A DNA stretch of 64,000 bases. Origin: Octopus vulgaris. Its lineage: Eukaryota. Each line of letters begins with the position of its first letter. Position 1 is the first letter of the stretch. Positions 26,469-41,361 of this stretch are shown here, in pieces. Location: assembly GCA_951406725.2 (NCBI GenBank), contig OX597830.1, forward strand, positions 66,588,001 through 66,652,000, given 5' to 3'. The translations under genes were made by a program, and so were the position numbers. The notes under the pieces are model-generated. The model searched no databases. It worked only from the letters and a program-made list of their open reading frames with translations, and had not been told where the DNA came from.

Positions 26469-27156
26469 TGAAAAACTGCAGCTTCAGACTTTTAAATAAC
26501 TCACAAATATCTTGTATGTTGTAATGTAAATGTTTTTATTATAATATTCTCTGCCATGACACAATTCTAATTTATTCTGCTTATGCAGCACCATTGCAAA
26601 CCAGAAGATAGTTTATATACCATCTTTATATACTTCAGACTAGCAGGTTCAATATTTTTTCAGAAGTAACACAAGTATACATCATTGATTATCTTCAACT
26701 ACGCTGAAATACATATCTGTTGCTATTCTGATTACTTCTGGAATGATTTTGTTTCACCTAACTCTGAAGAATATTATGTTTTTTTAACACTTTACATCTT
26801 GAAAGTGATTTTTCCCAGATAAAAAAAACTGCAACTTAAACAACACACATTTGTTAAGTATGTTCTATTGATAAAGTTCTCTATTTGGTAATATCAGCCT
26901 GTGGCAAGTGTGATATTTTAAAGAAAAAAATTTATTTTTTATGTCTAAATGCTTACTAGAATTTCTTGGAAGGGCTTACAAAATCCTTGAAAAAAATTCA
27001 TCTCTTTGTGGGGATATTTATTTTGAATGGCAGCTGGAAGTTACGTGTCTCCAGACTCACTTTTGATAAGATAATTTTAATCCCTCAACATCCTCACCAG
27101 GAAATTATTGCTGTCATAACCATGTTTTTTTTATTATTTATTTTTATACACTCAAT

Positions 27157-27436
27157 TAGGTGCTAACTGCTCTCAGCAAGATCATTATCAAGAACATTCA
27201 ATCAGGTCTTTCCTCTGCCATTCTTCTACATTCACCATATGATAGTTCACTCCAGTCCTTGATATTCTCAAATGAGTTTATTCCAGGTTTTCCTCTCAGG
27301 CATTTGCTATTTATCTTTCCTTCTAGTAATAATATTTGTATACCTTGTGCTCTTATTATGTGATCAAAGTACTCTAGCTTCCTTGTTTTTGATAGTTGTG
27401 AGTAATGGTCTTTATGTATTTGCTAGTTGTAGCACT
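27157..27436 (-). mobile_element. RTE-clade LINE ORF C-terminal remnant
   Basis: Reads about RKLEYFDHIIRAQGIQILLLEGKINSKCLRGKP..IKDWSELSYGECRRMAEER, with stops and a frameshift. Confidence 0.7.
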
Positions 27437-27448
27437 TAAATTATATTT

Positions 27449-27636
27449 CTGGCACGTAAAAAGCACCCACTACACTCACAGAGTGGTTGGTGTTAGGAAA
27501 GGCATCCAGCTGTAGAAACACTGCCAGATCAGACTGGAGCCTGGTGCAGCTTTCTGGCTTCCCAGACCCCGGTCGAACCATCCAACCTGTGCTAGCACGG
27601 AAAACGGATGTTAAATGATGATGATGATGATGATGA
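27449..27636 (+). mobile_element. RTE-type 3' tail (family D)
   Basis: GGCACGTAAAAAGCACCCACTACACTC..GGATGTTAAAT followed by (GAT)n, abutting a mariner TIR. Confidence 0.85.
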
Positions 27637-28199
27637 TTGGGTTGTCCGGAAAGTTTGTGCCGATTTTTAAAGGAAAGAAAAAGGTCAATAAATACTTGCC
27701 ATTACATTTTTAATCAACCAAATATGAACCATTTGGTTGAATGCGTCTCCATCTTTCCTTTAACTTGAAAATACCCTCTTCCCAGAATTGAGGTGGTTTC
27801 ATGGCAAATAATTCATCAAGGTATCTTTTTATGTCATCCAAGGAATTGACATTTTTACCATTAAGACTATTCTCCAGAGACCTGAATAAGTGGAAATTCA
27901 AAGGATCAATATCTAGTGAATATGGAGGGTGGGGTAACACATTCCAGCCGAGCAGCAGCAATTTTTGTCTGGTTCCCAAAGCATCAAGTGCCAAAAATGA
28001 ACTTTCTTATCTTCCATTTTAAAGGGTTGCAGAATTAACACAAATTATAGGAATATAGACCTCCTTCCAAGAAAAGATAGCTTAAAGTGTGCTCTAAATG
28101 GAGGTGTAGTCAAATCCTATTTTATTGACTTAACCACGTTCTAAAATAAGTCGAAAGGTAAGCCACTATAAATCAGCATGAACTTTCCAGACAACCCAA
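27637..28199 (-). mobile_element. Internally deleted mariner, copy 3
   Basis: Same TIRs. ORF 27710-27994 reads LGWNVLPHPPYSLDIDPLNFHLFRSL..GIFKLKERW, a degenerate YSPDLAP motif. Confidence 0.9.
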
Positions 28200-28224
28200 T
28201 AAAATATATAAGGAAAATACAATG

Positions 28225-29208
28225 GGCTGGCAGAATCATTAGCTCACCAGACAGAATGCATTGCAACATTTCATCCATCTTTATGTTCCGAGTTCAAATT
28301 CCACCAAGGTCAACTTTGCCTTTCATCCTTTCATAGTCGATAAATGGAGTACCAGTTGAACCCTTTACGTTCTGAGTTCAAATCGTGCAAAAGGCTGACT
28401 TTGCCTTTCATCCTTTCAGGGTCAATGAATTAAGTACCTGTTGTGTACTGGGGTTAAGCTAATCAACTGAACCTCTCCCCCAAATGTTTGGGTTTTGTGC
28501 CTAGAGTAGAAAAGAATATTCTTATCTCTATACACAAGGCCTGAAATTTTGGGAAACAAGCTAGTCGGGTACATTAATCCCTGGGCTGATACTCAAATGG
28601 TACTTATTTCTTTGACTTCAAAAGACTGAAGGACAAAGACGACCCCAGCAGAATTTTGGACTCAGACCATAAAGATGGAGAAAATACCACCAAGCATTTT
28701 GCCCAACATGCTAGCCAATTCTGTCAACAACAATAATAATGTTTTCTACAATAGTTGCAAAGTCTGAAGCATTTGGTGGGGCAGAATGGGGTGGGTGGCG
28801 AGCTGGCAGAAACGTTAGCACGCTGGACAAAATGCTTAGCGGTATTTCGTCTGCCGTTACGTTCTGAGTTCAAATTCCACCGAGGTCGACTTTGCCTTTC
28901 ATCCATTCGAGGGGTCGATAAATTAAGTACTAGTTATGCACTGGGGGTCTATATAATCGACCTAATCCGTTTGTCAGTCCTTGTTTGTCCTCTCTGTGTT
29001 TAGCCCCTTGTGGGTAGTAAAGAAATAGGATAGGGTAAGTTAATTATATCAACCCCAGTGCTTAACTGGTATTTATTTCATTGACTAAAAAAAAAAGGAT
29101 GAAAGGCAAAGTCAACCTCAATGGAATTTGACTAGGAACACAAAACTGGAAGAAATGCCATGAAAGCATTTTGTCCGACATGCTAATGATTCTGCCAGCT
29201 TGCCACCT
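28225..29208. mobile_element. Cluster of SINE B copies in both orientations (best copy 28796-29028, plus)
   Basis: Repeated GAGTTCAAATTCC / GCCTTTCATCC cores on both strands. Confidence 0.8.
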
Positions 29209-29281
29209 TAATAGTGGTAGTAGTGGTGGTGGTGGTGGTGGTGGTAGTAGTAGTAGTAGGAGTATTATTATTATTATTATT

Positions 29282-29908
<627 letters not shown>

Positions 29909-30565
29909 TCTTTGTTTTTCTTCTTTCAAATTTGCTTCCATTTCTTGCCGAGTGTCTTCCCGACTCCTAGGGCAAAGAAACTCATAGTATACATTGGTAG
30001 GCCATTAAACTAAACTCACTAGTTCGTTCATTTTTTATTTTTTTTATTTAAAAAAAAAAATTAAATTAAAATACATGGGTAGTAATAGTTCTCACATCGA
30101 CAATGCTCTTCTCTTATTATTATTATTATCATTATTATTATTAGTAGTAGTAGTAGTTATAGTAGTAGTAGTACACATAAAACACATCCGAATGCAAACA
30201 CGCCGTTTTGTTAGTAGTTGAGTTGATACACTTGAAGATGAGTATAGGAAGCACTTAACAGAGAAACTGTTGGAGTGTTGCAAGCTAAGGTAACTGTATT
30301 CCGAATAGGGCTTTTGTTCTTGTTTTTCCATTTCATGTAACGCAATATCTACAATCATCTTCTTCTGGAAAAACTATAAAATGTAAGACAATACGGTGAA
30401 ACTACAAACAACCACTGGCTGTAGTAAAAAACACTATATATATATTCGGTAACTGTACTAAAAAAGCATTATAGCCATTGATTGAAGTTAAAAGGAAATT
30501 ATTAATGTGTGTGTAGTCGCAAGCCGGCTAAAGGACTGGAATTAGTGGTTACACCAGTGCTTATA

Positions 30566-30982
30566 CTCTTTACTCTCTTACTCTTTTACTTGTTTCAGTC
30601 ATTTGACTGCGGCCATGCTGGAGCACCGCCTTTAATCGAGCAACTCGACCCCGGGACTTATTCTTTTTGTAAGCCCAGTACTTATTCTATCGGTCTCTTT
30701 TGCCGAACCGCTAAGTAACGGGGACATAAACACACCAGCATCGGTTGTCAAGCAATGCTAGGGGGACAAACACAGACACACTAACACACACAGGCATATA
30801 TATATATATATACATATATACGCCGAGCTTCTTTCAGTTTCCGTCTACCAAATCCACTCACAAGGCTTTGGTCGGCCCGAGGCAATAGCAGAAGACACTT
30901 GCCCAAGGTGCCACGCAGTGGGACTGAACCCGGAACCATGTGGTTGGTAAACAAGCTACTTACCACACAGCCACGCCTGCGC
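30566..30982 (-). mobile_element. SINE family A, full length, CpG-rich
   Basis: Reverse complement of the A consensus; many CpGs retained, so probably a young copy. Confidence 0.9.
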
Positions 30983-31046
30983 CTTATAGTGATGGTAATA
31001 GGTACAACCAGCACTTGTTGCAAGGAAAACCTGTTTAACCATTGGC

Positions 31047-31097
<51 letters not shown>

Positions 31098-31140
31098 CCT
31101 AACATCTGTTATTCATGGTTTGACAGGAGCTTGCAAGCGT

Positions 31141-31368
31141 AAGCTGGCAGAATCGTTAGCATGCCGGGCGAAATGCTTAGCAGTATTTCGTCTGCTGTTA
31201 CGTTTCTGAGTTCAAATTCCGCCGAAGTCGACTTGGCCTTTCATCCATTCAGGGTGCGATAAATTAAGTACCAGTTATGCACTGGGGTCAATGTAATCGA
31301 CTTAATCCGCCTGTCTGTCCTTGTTTGTCCCCTCTATGTTTAGCCCCTTGTGGGCAATAAAGAAATAA
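31141..31368 (+). mobile_element. SINE family B
   Basis: Head, core and tail 1 present. Confidence 0.85.
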
Positions 31369-31842
31369 GGAGCTAGCAAGCTAGAGGGCTGCACCAAACA
31401 ACAGGCTGCTTTGGCATGGTTTTTTTTTTTTGTTTTTTTGTACTACTGTATCCCCTTCATAACATCAATCACTTTACAGAGTGTATTGGGGGTTCTGGTG
31501 CTTGTTATGCGACACCAGCACCTATAGGGTCAGCAACTAACTTGCAGGACAAAGACCCTGCCCCGCCCCGCCCGATCAGGGAGCGGAAGTAGCATTGAAG
31601 GAGGTGGCCTTGTGCCAGATGAGAGGTTAAAGCATAATAGAAGGGTAAAAATAAAAATCTTGATATAGAGGAAACACTTAGCTACCCCCACAACCCCCTT
31701 TGAAAGGGAAAGAAACGGAAAATACTTGAAAAATATATAAATACTTGGCAGTGGCGTGATATATGTATGTTTATGTGTTGTGTCCATATATGTATGTGTG
31801 TGTGTGTGTATATATATTATATGTATGTATATGTGTGTGTAC

Positions 31843-31879
<37 letters not shown>

Positions 31880-31895
31880 TAGATAGATATATATA

Positions 31896-32282
31896 CTCTT
31901 ACTCTCTTACTTGTTTCAGTCATTTAACTGCAGTCGAGCAGATCGACCCCAGGACTTATTCTTTGTAAGCCCAGTACTTATGCTATCAGCCTCTTTTGCC
32001 GAACCTCTAAGTTACAGGGACATAACCACACCACTATTGGTTGTCAAGTTATGTTCGGGGGACAAAAATAGACACACAAACAAATACACACACACACACA
32101 CATATATATACACATATATATGATGGGCTTCTTTCAGTTTCTGTCTACCAAATCCACTCACAAGGTTTTGGTTGGTCCGAGGTTATAGTTGAAAACATTT
32201 GCCTAAAGTGCTACACAGTGGGAATGAACCCGGAGCCATGTGGTTCGTAAGCAAGCTACTTACCACACAGCCACTCCTGCGC
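31896..32282 (-). mobile_element. SINE family A
   Basis: Reverse complement of A with a small tail deletion. Confidence 0.85.
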
Positions 32283-32302
32283 TTACTTACCACACAGCCA
32301 CT

Positions 32303-32352
<50 letters not shown>

Positions 32353-32374
32353 TATATATGCATATATATATATA

Positions 32375-33570
<1,196 letters not shown>

Positions 33571-35284
33571 ACACACACACATTTATGTATGTATGTGATT
33601 ATTGTTTTAATGTTCGCTTTTCCATGGGTTAGATTGAGTTTATTGAAGCAAATTTTCTACAGTCAAATGCCCTACCTGTAGCCAACTTTCACCAGTTTCC
33701 AAGGCAACTAATATTTCCTTCTGGGCAGACATGTTTTCGCACAATATTGAGAATGACTTGCATTCGTTTTTACAACTTTCATGCAGCGTCAACACAAAGG
33801 AGTCACACTCATGCACCCACATATGCACACAAACACACACACACACACACACATACACACACACATGTGCACACACAAACACACATACACTCACAAACAC
33901 TCACACACATACACACAAACATGCACACACACACACATGCAGACATAGAACCTGGTGGAGCCCTTGAACTTGTCTGTTCTTTTCAAAACATCCAACCCAT
34001 GACAACAGGGGGAAAAAAAATTTTAACGATGTTGAAAATGATGGTGGTGATGGCGCAGGTGGTGATGGCGCAGGTGGTGATGGCGCAGGTGGTGATGAGC
34101 TTTTGTCAGTTTCCGTTGACTAAATCCACTCCCAAGGCTTTGGTTGGCCTTGAGCTAAGGTAGAAGCCACCCAGTGAACCCGAAACCATGCAATCAGGAA
34201 GCAAACCACTTAACCACATAGCCATGGTCGCTGACTGCACAGACCAAGAAAAATGCTTAACCGCAAACCATAGAGTAAAACCATAAACCATTTAGTCACA
34301 GGCTGAGTAGAACAGTCATTTAATCATTCACTAGTACTGAAAAAAAAAACATACCATATAGAAGCTACTGGCTGTTATAAAAATCCATTTAATCACTGTC
34401 TGGCTTTATTCAAAAATTATGTAACCACTGGTTGTGCTGATAGGACATTTATTAACTAACTGATCTGAAAATCTATATAATTAGTAGCTGCGCTAAAAAA
34501 TTATTTAATTAGCAGCTGTACTGGAAAAATTTGTAATGAGAAGCTGATGGTACTGAAAACCTATATTACAATGGGTCTGTGATCTTCAGATGTTGAGCCC
34601 TCATAGAAGAGATGCCAAAGGACAACTGACACAACTGGCAATCTGTTGTGTTTGAGAAGACCCACCCAGCTGAGTAAAATCCATGTCCATGCTCCCTTCC
34701 CTCATCTACAACCTACCCATGCCCACCACCACTGTTTCCCTGACTTCCCTTCATTCTCCCTCATGTATCTACCTACCTACTTGCACACAATATATCTCTG
34801 TTAAATCCTTTCCTTTGCTACACACCCTCCATGGGGTCATGTGGCTTAGTTGTCAGGGTGTTGGAGTTATGACCATAAGATTACGGTTTCAATTCCTGGA
34901 CTGGGTGATGTGTTGTGTTCTTGAGCAAAACACTTCATTTCACATTGCTCCAGTCCACCCCGCTGGTAACAATGAGTAATCCTGCAACAAATTGGTATCC
35001 CCTTCAGGTGGGGGGATATCCCTTGAAACCGGGAAACCAGTATAACTCAAGAAGGAAATTTTACCTACCTTTACCAACATCCCTTCCTAATTATCCCCTT
35101 CCTCTTCCAGTGCTCATTCATTACATCTGTCCAACTCTGCTCCCACCCCTTTTGAAATCTTGTGAACTCACTCACCTACTCACCCCTTTCCAGTCCCCTG
35201 TCAACTTCACTATAAACACCACCCTATAACTTGGGTGTATGACTCCCCCCCGCTTCCTCTCTGTCACATCTTCACCATCTTTCT

Positions 35285-35515
35285 TCTTTCTTTATTGCCC
35301 ACAAGGGGCTAAACATAAAGGGGACAAACAAGGACAGATAAAGGGATTAAGTCGATTATATGGCCCCCAGTGCGTAACTGGTACTTAATTTATCGACCCC
35401 GAAAGGATGAATGGCAAAGTCGACCTCGGCGGAATTTGAACTCAGAACATAAAGACAGACAAAATACTGTTGAGCATTTTGCCCAGCCTGCTAATGATTC
35501 TGCCAGCTCGTGGCC
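35285..35515 (-). mobile_element. SINE family B
   Basis: Reverse complement of B with tail 1. Confidence 0.85.
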
Positions 35516-36066
35516 TTCACCATCTTTCTCTCTTCTCTCCTCATCTGAGGAAGCCATATCCCTGTTTTAATGCAAGACACCTTTGCAGTCTCTCAATACT
35601 ACTCCCCACCTCAGCTGACGGGTCTTGTTCTGCAAGTTATTTGGTGAACTCATTGCTGCTGGTGCCACATAAAATGCGCCCTGTATGCTCTGTAAAGAGG
35701 TTGGCACTAGGAAAGGGCACCCAGCCATAGAAACCATCCCAAGACGGTCAGTAGAGCTTGGTGCAGTCTTCTGACTTGCCTGTTCCTGTCAAACTGTCCA
35801 ACCCATGCCCGCATGAAAAATGGATGCTAAATGATGATAATGATAATGATGGTGGTGGTGGTGGTGGTGGTGGTGGTGGTGGTGGTGATGATGATACTGG
35901 CTGTATAGAGAAACTGTATGAATAGCAGCTTTATTGAAAAACCATTTAGTCACTAGGTGGCTTTACTGGAAAAAGTTATAACCACAGGCTGACTTTTTGG
36001 TCAGCTTCAACTTTGACAGATTGATGTTTGGTGAGTAAAAAATGGTGAGAGGCAAAGAATGTCTTT

Positions 36067-36067
<1 letters not shown>

Positions 36068-36110
<43 letters not shown>

Positions 36111-36520
36111 GAGAGAGAGAGAAAATAGTTGATGGGAAGAGAAGAGGAAACACAAAGAGAGGAAGAGCTACAGAGAATGGAGATGAAGATATAGAGGAAG
36201 GAGACTCACAGAGAAGGAAGGAGGAAACACAAGGGTGGTAGGAGGAAACATAGAGGAGGGAGAGGAAGATAGAGGAAAGAGGACTTACATAGAAGGAAGG
36301 AGGAAAAACAATGGTGGTAGGAGGAAACATAGAGGAGGCAGGAGGAGACTCAGAGAAGGGAGATGGAGATACAGAGGAAAGAGAAGGACTTACAGAGAAG
36401 GAAGGAGGAAACACAAAGGCAGTAGGAGGAAACATAGAGGAGGGAGGAGGTGAGAGAAGGGAGGAGGAGGGGACTCAGAGAAGGCAAGAGAAGGGAACAC
36501 AGAGAAAGGAGGGGGGTAGA
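36068..36520. repeat. Purine-rich (GA)n plus degenerate minisatellite
   Basis: GGTAGGAGGAAACATAGAGGAGG-like units recur near 36237, 36316 and 36422. Confidence 0.8.
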
Positions 36521-37277
36521 CGCAGTGCTTAATTAGAGTTATAATGATTATAGTGTTCAATTTAGTTCCAAGAGTTGAATCATTGTTAAGGCAAAATAGA
36601 TAGGCAACTTAGGTGTATCAAATGAGATGTAGATAAGGAGGGGTCATCGTCATCATCATCATCACCAACACCACCATCATCATCATCATCATCATCATCA
36701 TCATGATCACCATCACCATCATCATCATCATCATTATCATCATCATCATCATCATCATCATCAACATCATCCCTATAATTATCATCATTTAACAACTATT
36801 TCTCATACTGGCATACATTGGATGGTTTGATAAGACTGCATCAAGTTCTAATGTTATAGAAGCTAAAACATGATAGATGGACAAACACAAGAGTCTTTCA
36901 ATAGAGGAAATGCATAGCTATCTTGCATTATATGTGGGTTTCAAAGTTTGATATCAGACCAGCAGGTTTGTGGGAGGGACTAAGTGAATTAAATTGACCC
37001 TGAAAGGACGAAAGGCAAAGTTGATCCCAGTGGAATTTGAACTCAGAACCTAAAGATAGATGAAATGTGGCTTAGCATTTCACCTGGCATGCTAACGATT
37101 CTGCCAGCTCGCTGCCTTAACTTGCATTGTATATTGATGGGTGGAAAATGAATAAAAATGCTGGTAGCAATTTGTCAAAGTGAGATATTCTGGATATCAA
37201 ACTAGATATTGGAGATCCCAGTATCAGTGAATTGCAACCGCCATAACACATCCTGCCACCTGCATCCTCCACTATAA

Positions 37278-37534
37278 TCATCATCGTTTAACATCCAATA
37301 GCAACGTTTCTACAGCTGGATTGCCCTTCCTAACACCAACCACTCCAAAAGTGTAGTGGCTGCATTTTCTATGTCACCAGCACAGGCACCAATCAGATGA
37401 CACTAGCATTGACCACGCTGAATGGTGCTTTGTATGTGCCACCTGCACGGGAGCCAGTCAGACGGCACTGACATCGACCACACTTGAGTAGTGCTTTTTA
37501 TGTGCCACCGTTATGAGAGCCAGTCAGGCAGCAT
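37278..37534 (-). mobile_element. RTE-type 3' UTR (family D)
   Basis: (CAT)nCGTTTAAC end and about 60-bp TGTGCCACC modules. Confidence 0.75.
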
Positions 37535-37927
37535 ACTCTTCTACTTGTTTCAGTCATTTGACTGCGACCATGCTGGAGCACCGCCTTTAGTTGAGCAAAT
37601 CGACCCCAGAACTTATTCTTTGTAAGCCTAGTACTTATTCTATCGGTCTCTTTTGCCGAACTGCTAAGTTACTGGGACGTAAAGACACCCGCATTGGTTG
37701 TCAAGCAATGTTGTGGGGGCAAACACAGACACACAAACATATACACACAGACATATATACATGTATACAACGGGCTTCTTTCAGTTTCCGTCTACCAAAT
37801 CCACTCACAAGGCTTTGGTTGGCCCGAGGCTATAGTAGAAGACACTTGCCCAAGATGCCATGCAGTGGGACTGAACCCGGAACCATATGGTTGGTAAGCA
37901 AGCTACTTACCACACAGCCACTCTTGT
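37535..37927 (-). mobile_element. SINE family A, full length
   Basis: Reverse complement of the A consensus. Confidence 0.9.
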
Positions 37928-38420
37928 GGAACAAAACATAGTCAGTTACTTCAGTTTTACTAACCATGTATATCCTTCAACGGGTGACAAACTCCGTTAA
38001 CTACAAGCTGTATCCTGAATAGGATTTCCGCTCGACATTGCGAATCAACTTACTGGTTGAGACGTTAAGTATCCTCCCACCATCACCACCACTACCACCA
38101 CCACCACCACCACTATCACTTGAAACGTCTTCTTTAGATTCATTTTTATTTTATCCAACTGTAATTAAAATTAACAGTTAATGAATGTAGCATAAAGTGA
38201 ATCTAATAACTCAGTATTTGCTGATGTAATTGCAAATCAACAAAACACTTGTGTGTTATATACGGCATTCCTGTTGCCAAGAGAAACCAGCTGTCACTCC
38301 ACAGGGATGCATTTTAACAGTTAAGTGCTCTTCTAAATTAGTGATCTTCTAATTGTATCCCTTGCTAGTGAGTGTGGCTCTGTGTTTGAGTGTTTGGAAA
38401 TATACATGTATATACAAACA

Positions 38421-38455
<35 letters not shown>

Positions 38456-38595
38456 CTCTTATATTTAGCAATGGAGGTGTTTCCTAATAACCTAGTTGCT
38501 TTTAATGACATTTGTAATTTTCCTTTTTTTCTTTTTGGTGAAGCATTGCAAACTGCTCTTTATATTAATTTTATATAGGTGTTTGTGTGTGTGTG

Positions 38596-38647
<52 letters not shown>

Positions 38648-38739
38648 CTTTCCATGCTAGCATGGTTCAGTCAAATTGTCCAACCCATGCTAGCATGGAA
38701 AGCGGACGTTAAATGATGATGATGATATGTATATATAAA

Positions 38740-38785
<46 letters not shown>

Positions 38786-38841
38786 GGGAATATTATTCCA
38801 AACTTACAGGGAAAAATTCAATTTAGAAATATACTATATAT

Positions 38842-38895
<54 letters not shown>

Positions 38896-38912
38896 ATATG
38901 TTACATTACTCG

Positions 38913-38988
38913 ACAGTCAAGATAAAACTCTGAGTTTCAGATGCCGAAGTGGGAATCCACGACACCATCTCTTCGGTTATCTGGCTAT
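38913..38988 (-). ncRNA. Candidate type I hammerhead ribozyme (variant core), Penelope-like context
   Basis: Minus strand: AGATAA-CCGAAGA-GATG..CATC-T-GAA-ACTCAGAGT-T-TTATCT, i.e. stem I, core (U4 replaced by C), stem II, GAA, palindromic stem III, GUU site, stem I partner. Confidence 0.5.
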
Positions 38989-39128
38989 TTGAAAGCGCTA
39001 TGAAAAAATACCGTTATACAAAGGGAAATTACTGTGTTATAACTCTGCTTGCCTGCGTACTTATACATCGCTTGTATCTTACCGTTTTACTGTTTTGTTA
39101 TCTTACTGTTTACCAACATATATATATA

Positions 39129-39641
39129 TCTATATATATAAAACTGTAGTTGTGTGAGTGTCTGTCTCCTACAATTTAGATTCCTAACTCCTCCGACATT
39201 TTGCGGTGCAGTTTAACCAAATTTGGGTATCTTATAGTCGTGATTAATATCGAGCCCGTCTGGCTATTAGTGCGCGTCTACGATGAGTCAACGATTTTAA
39301 AAATAATTTAACATCATTTTTTATTCCATTTTAATGCATAATTTTTCATGTGTCGATGGCGGCGGAGTTGGCGTCCATGGTCACACCTGCACCTGTTTGC
39401 TTCTCCCCCTTCTTCCCTCCCTCGTGAAGCTGTGGGGAAGGGAGTGTAAGGAAATCAATGTCGTAAAGCGTTGTCAAGGAGACCAGCGTTCTTTTAGAAC
39501 AACGACTTCATGGCTTGAAGACACCAAAACAGAAATGGCTAAGAAAGCCCGAATTGGCATCTATAAGGGAAGTAACTCTCTAAAAATGCTTATATAGTTA
39601 TTTCCCTTACAAACCCGAGCAACGCCGGACGATACTGCTAG
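39129..39641 (+). mobile_element. Non-autonomous Helitron, copy 2, with extra internal segment
   Basis: TC start, CCCGAGCAACGCCGG hairpin, CTAG end, A|T target. Same ends as 4646-5040. Confidence 0.85.
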
Positions 39642-40109
39642 TACATATATATATATATGTATATATATATATAATTTCTCTTTTAGAGAAATATCAAAAA
39701 TAAAATGGGGAGAAAAAATGTGTAGGGATTAATGGTTCAACATGATGAAATGGCTAGAAGAAAGAGGCTCTGTGAAAGGGAAATAATAACGATGACCTGG
39801 CTGAACTAGGGTGTGCAAGCATGCTTGCGTATCTGAGGATGTTGTGCGTGAGTGTGTATGTGCAAATTGGGGACAGGTGCATGTGAATGTATTTGAGGGT
39901 GAGTTTAAAATTATGTGAGCCTGTGTATGTGTTTAAGTAACCTTGTGTGTACAGTTTGTGGAGTGATGTGCATTTCATGTACTGGTGTGTATGTGTGTGT
40001 GAAAATGGATGTATGTACATGTGTATGGGGTGATCATGTGTGTGTGTGTGTTTTTTTACGTATACACACACATGTATATAAAATCTTTAAACAAGGCAAT
40101 AAGGGTTAC

Positions 40110-40342
40110 CTATTTCTTTACTACCCACAAGGCGCTAAGCACAGAGAGGACAAACAAGGACAGACAAACGGATTAAGTCGATTATATCAACCCCAGTGCG
40201 TAACTGGTACTTAATTTATTGACCCCGAAAGGATGAAAGGCAAAGTCGACCTCGGCGCAATTTGATCTCAGAACGTAACAGTAGACGAAATACCAATAAG
40301 CATTTCGCCCGGCATGCTAATGTTTCTACCAGCTCACCGCCT
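40110..40342 (-). mobile_element. SINE family B with TSD
   Basis: Full B copy flanked by CAATAAGGGTTAC on both sides. Confidence 0.9.
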
Positions 40343-41142
40343 TCTATAGACAATAAGGGTTACTGTTTCTTGTCCTCCTAATGTTAAGTCATATATCAAT
40401 AAGCAACAGACGACTGAATCCTGCTCTGAATGCACCTGTAGAGACAAATCTAAATGTCCCTAGCACAGGAGTAAGATATATCTTCTATTGTGTATGAATC
40501 ACAAGTTTGAGCAAACTACAACAATGTCCATATAAATATCAAATGTTACATCGGTATTGTGGAAGGAAAATTTAAAACTAGATTTTACAACCATCTTTCA
40601 AATTTTAGGCAGTGATTAGAGACATTCAACAACCCTTTTGGCTTTAGTCTGGAAGCTTAAAGATGAAGAGACCAATTTCGATATCAAATGAAAAATCCTC
40701 TCTAAATCCAAATCCCTATATTAACGGGTCTTGAAAATGTTTGGTGTGTTTGCTTGAAAAAATGTATCTATTAAAACACTTGGAAACCTCCAACAAATAC
40801 ATAAATTTGAGGAATGAGATTTTTGCTTTATGTTCACATTTCAAAAAATACATCTTGTCGGAATTTAAAAGTAGACTACCAGACACATAATAAACCATTA
40901 ACACCTGATCTATGTTTGTCTGTCTGTTATTGAATTATTGTAACGTGGGTTATCTCCCTTGTATTTTTCATATTTTTTTTGTCTTCTTCTTTACAAGAGT
41001 CTCTTGTTTAAATGTTATCTACTAAGAAAAAAAAAAAAACAACTGACAAACAGCCTTGCTTTCAGCTTGATAAATGATGGAATGAATAATTATTTTGACC
41101 AGGAAACACTGATTTGTGGTTTTTAAATTAAGATTATATATA

Positions 41143-41315
41143 GGCGCGGGAGTGGCTGTGTGGTAAGTAGCTTGTTTACCAACCACATGGTTCCGGGTTC
41201 AGTCCCACTGCGTGGCATCTTGGGCAAGTGTCTTCTGCTATAGCCTTGGGCCGACCAATGCCTTGTGAGTGGATTTGGTAGACGGAAACTGAAAGAAGCC
41301 TGTCGTATATATATG

Positions 41316-41361
<46 letters not shown>

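Noticed and set aside
30092-30367. Minus-strand coding exon after a TTTTTCCAG acceptor
   Set aside because: No good donor, no recognisable peptide, and the frame runs into a microsatellite.
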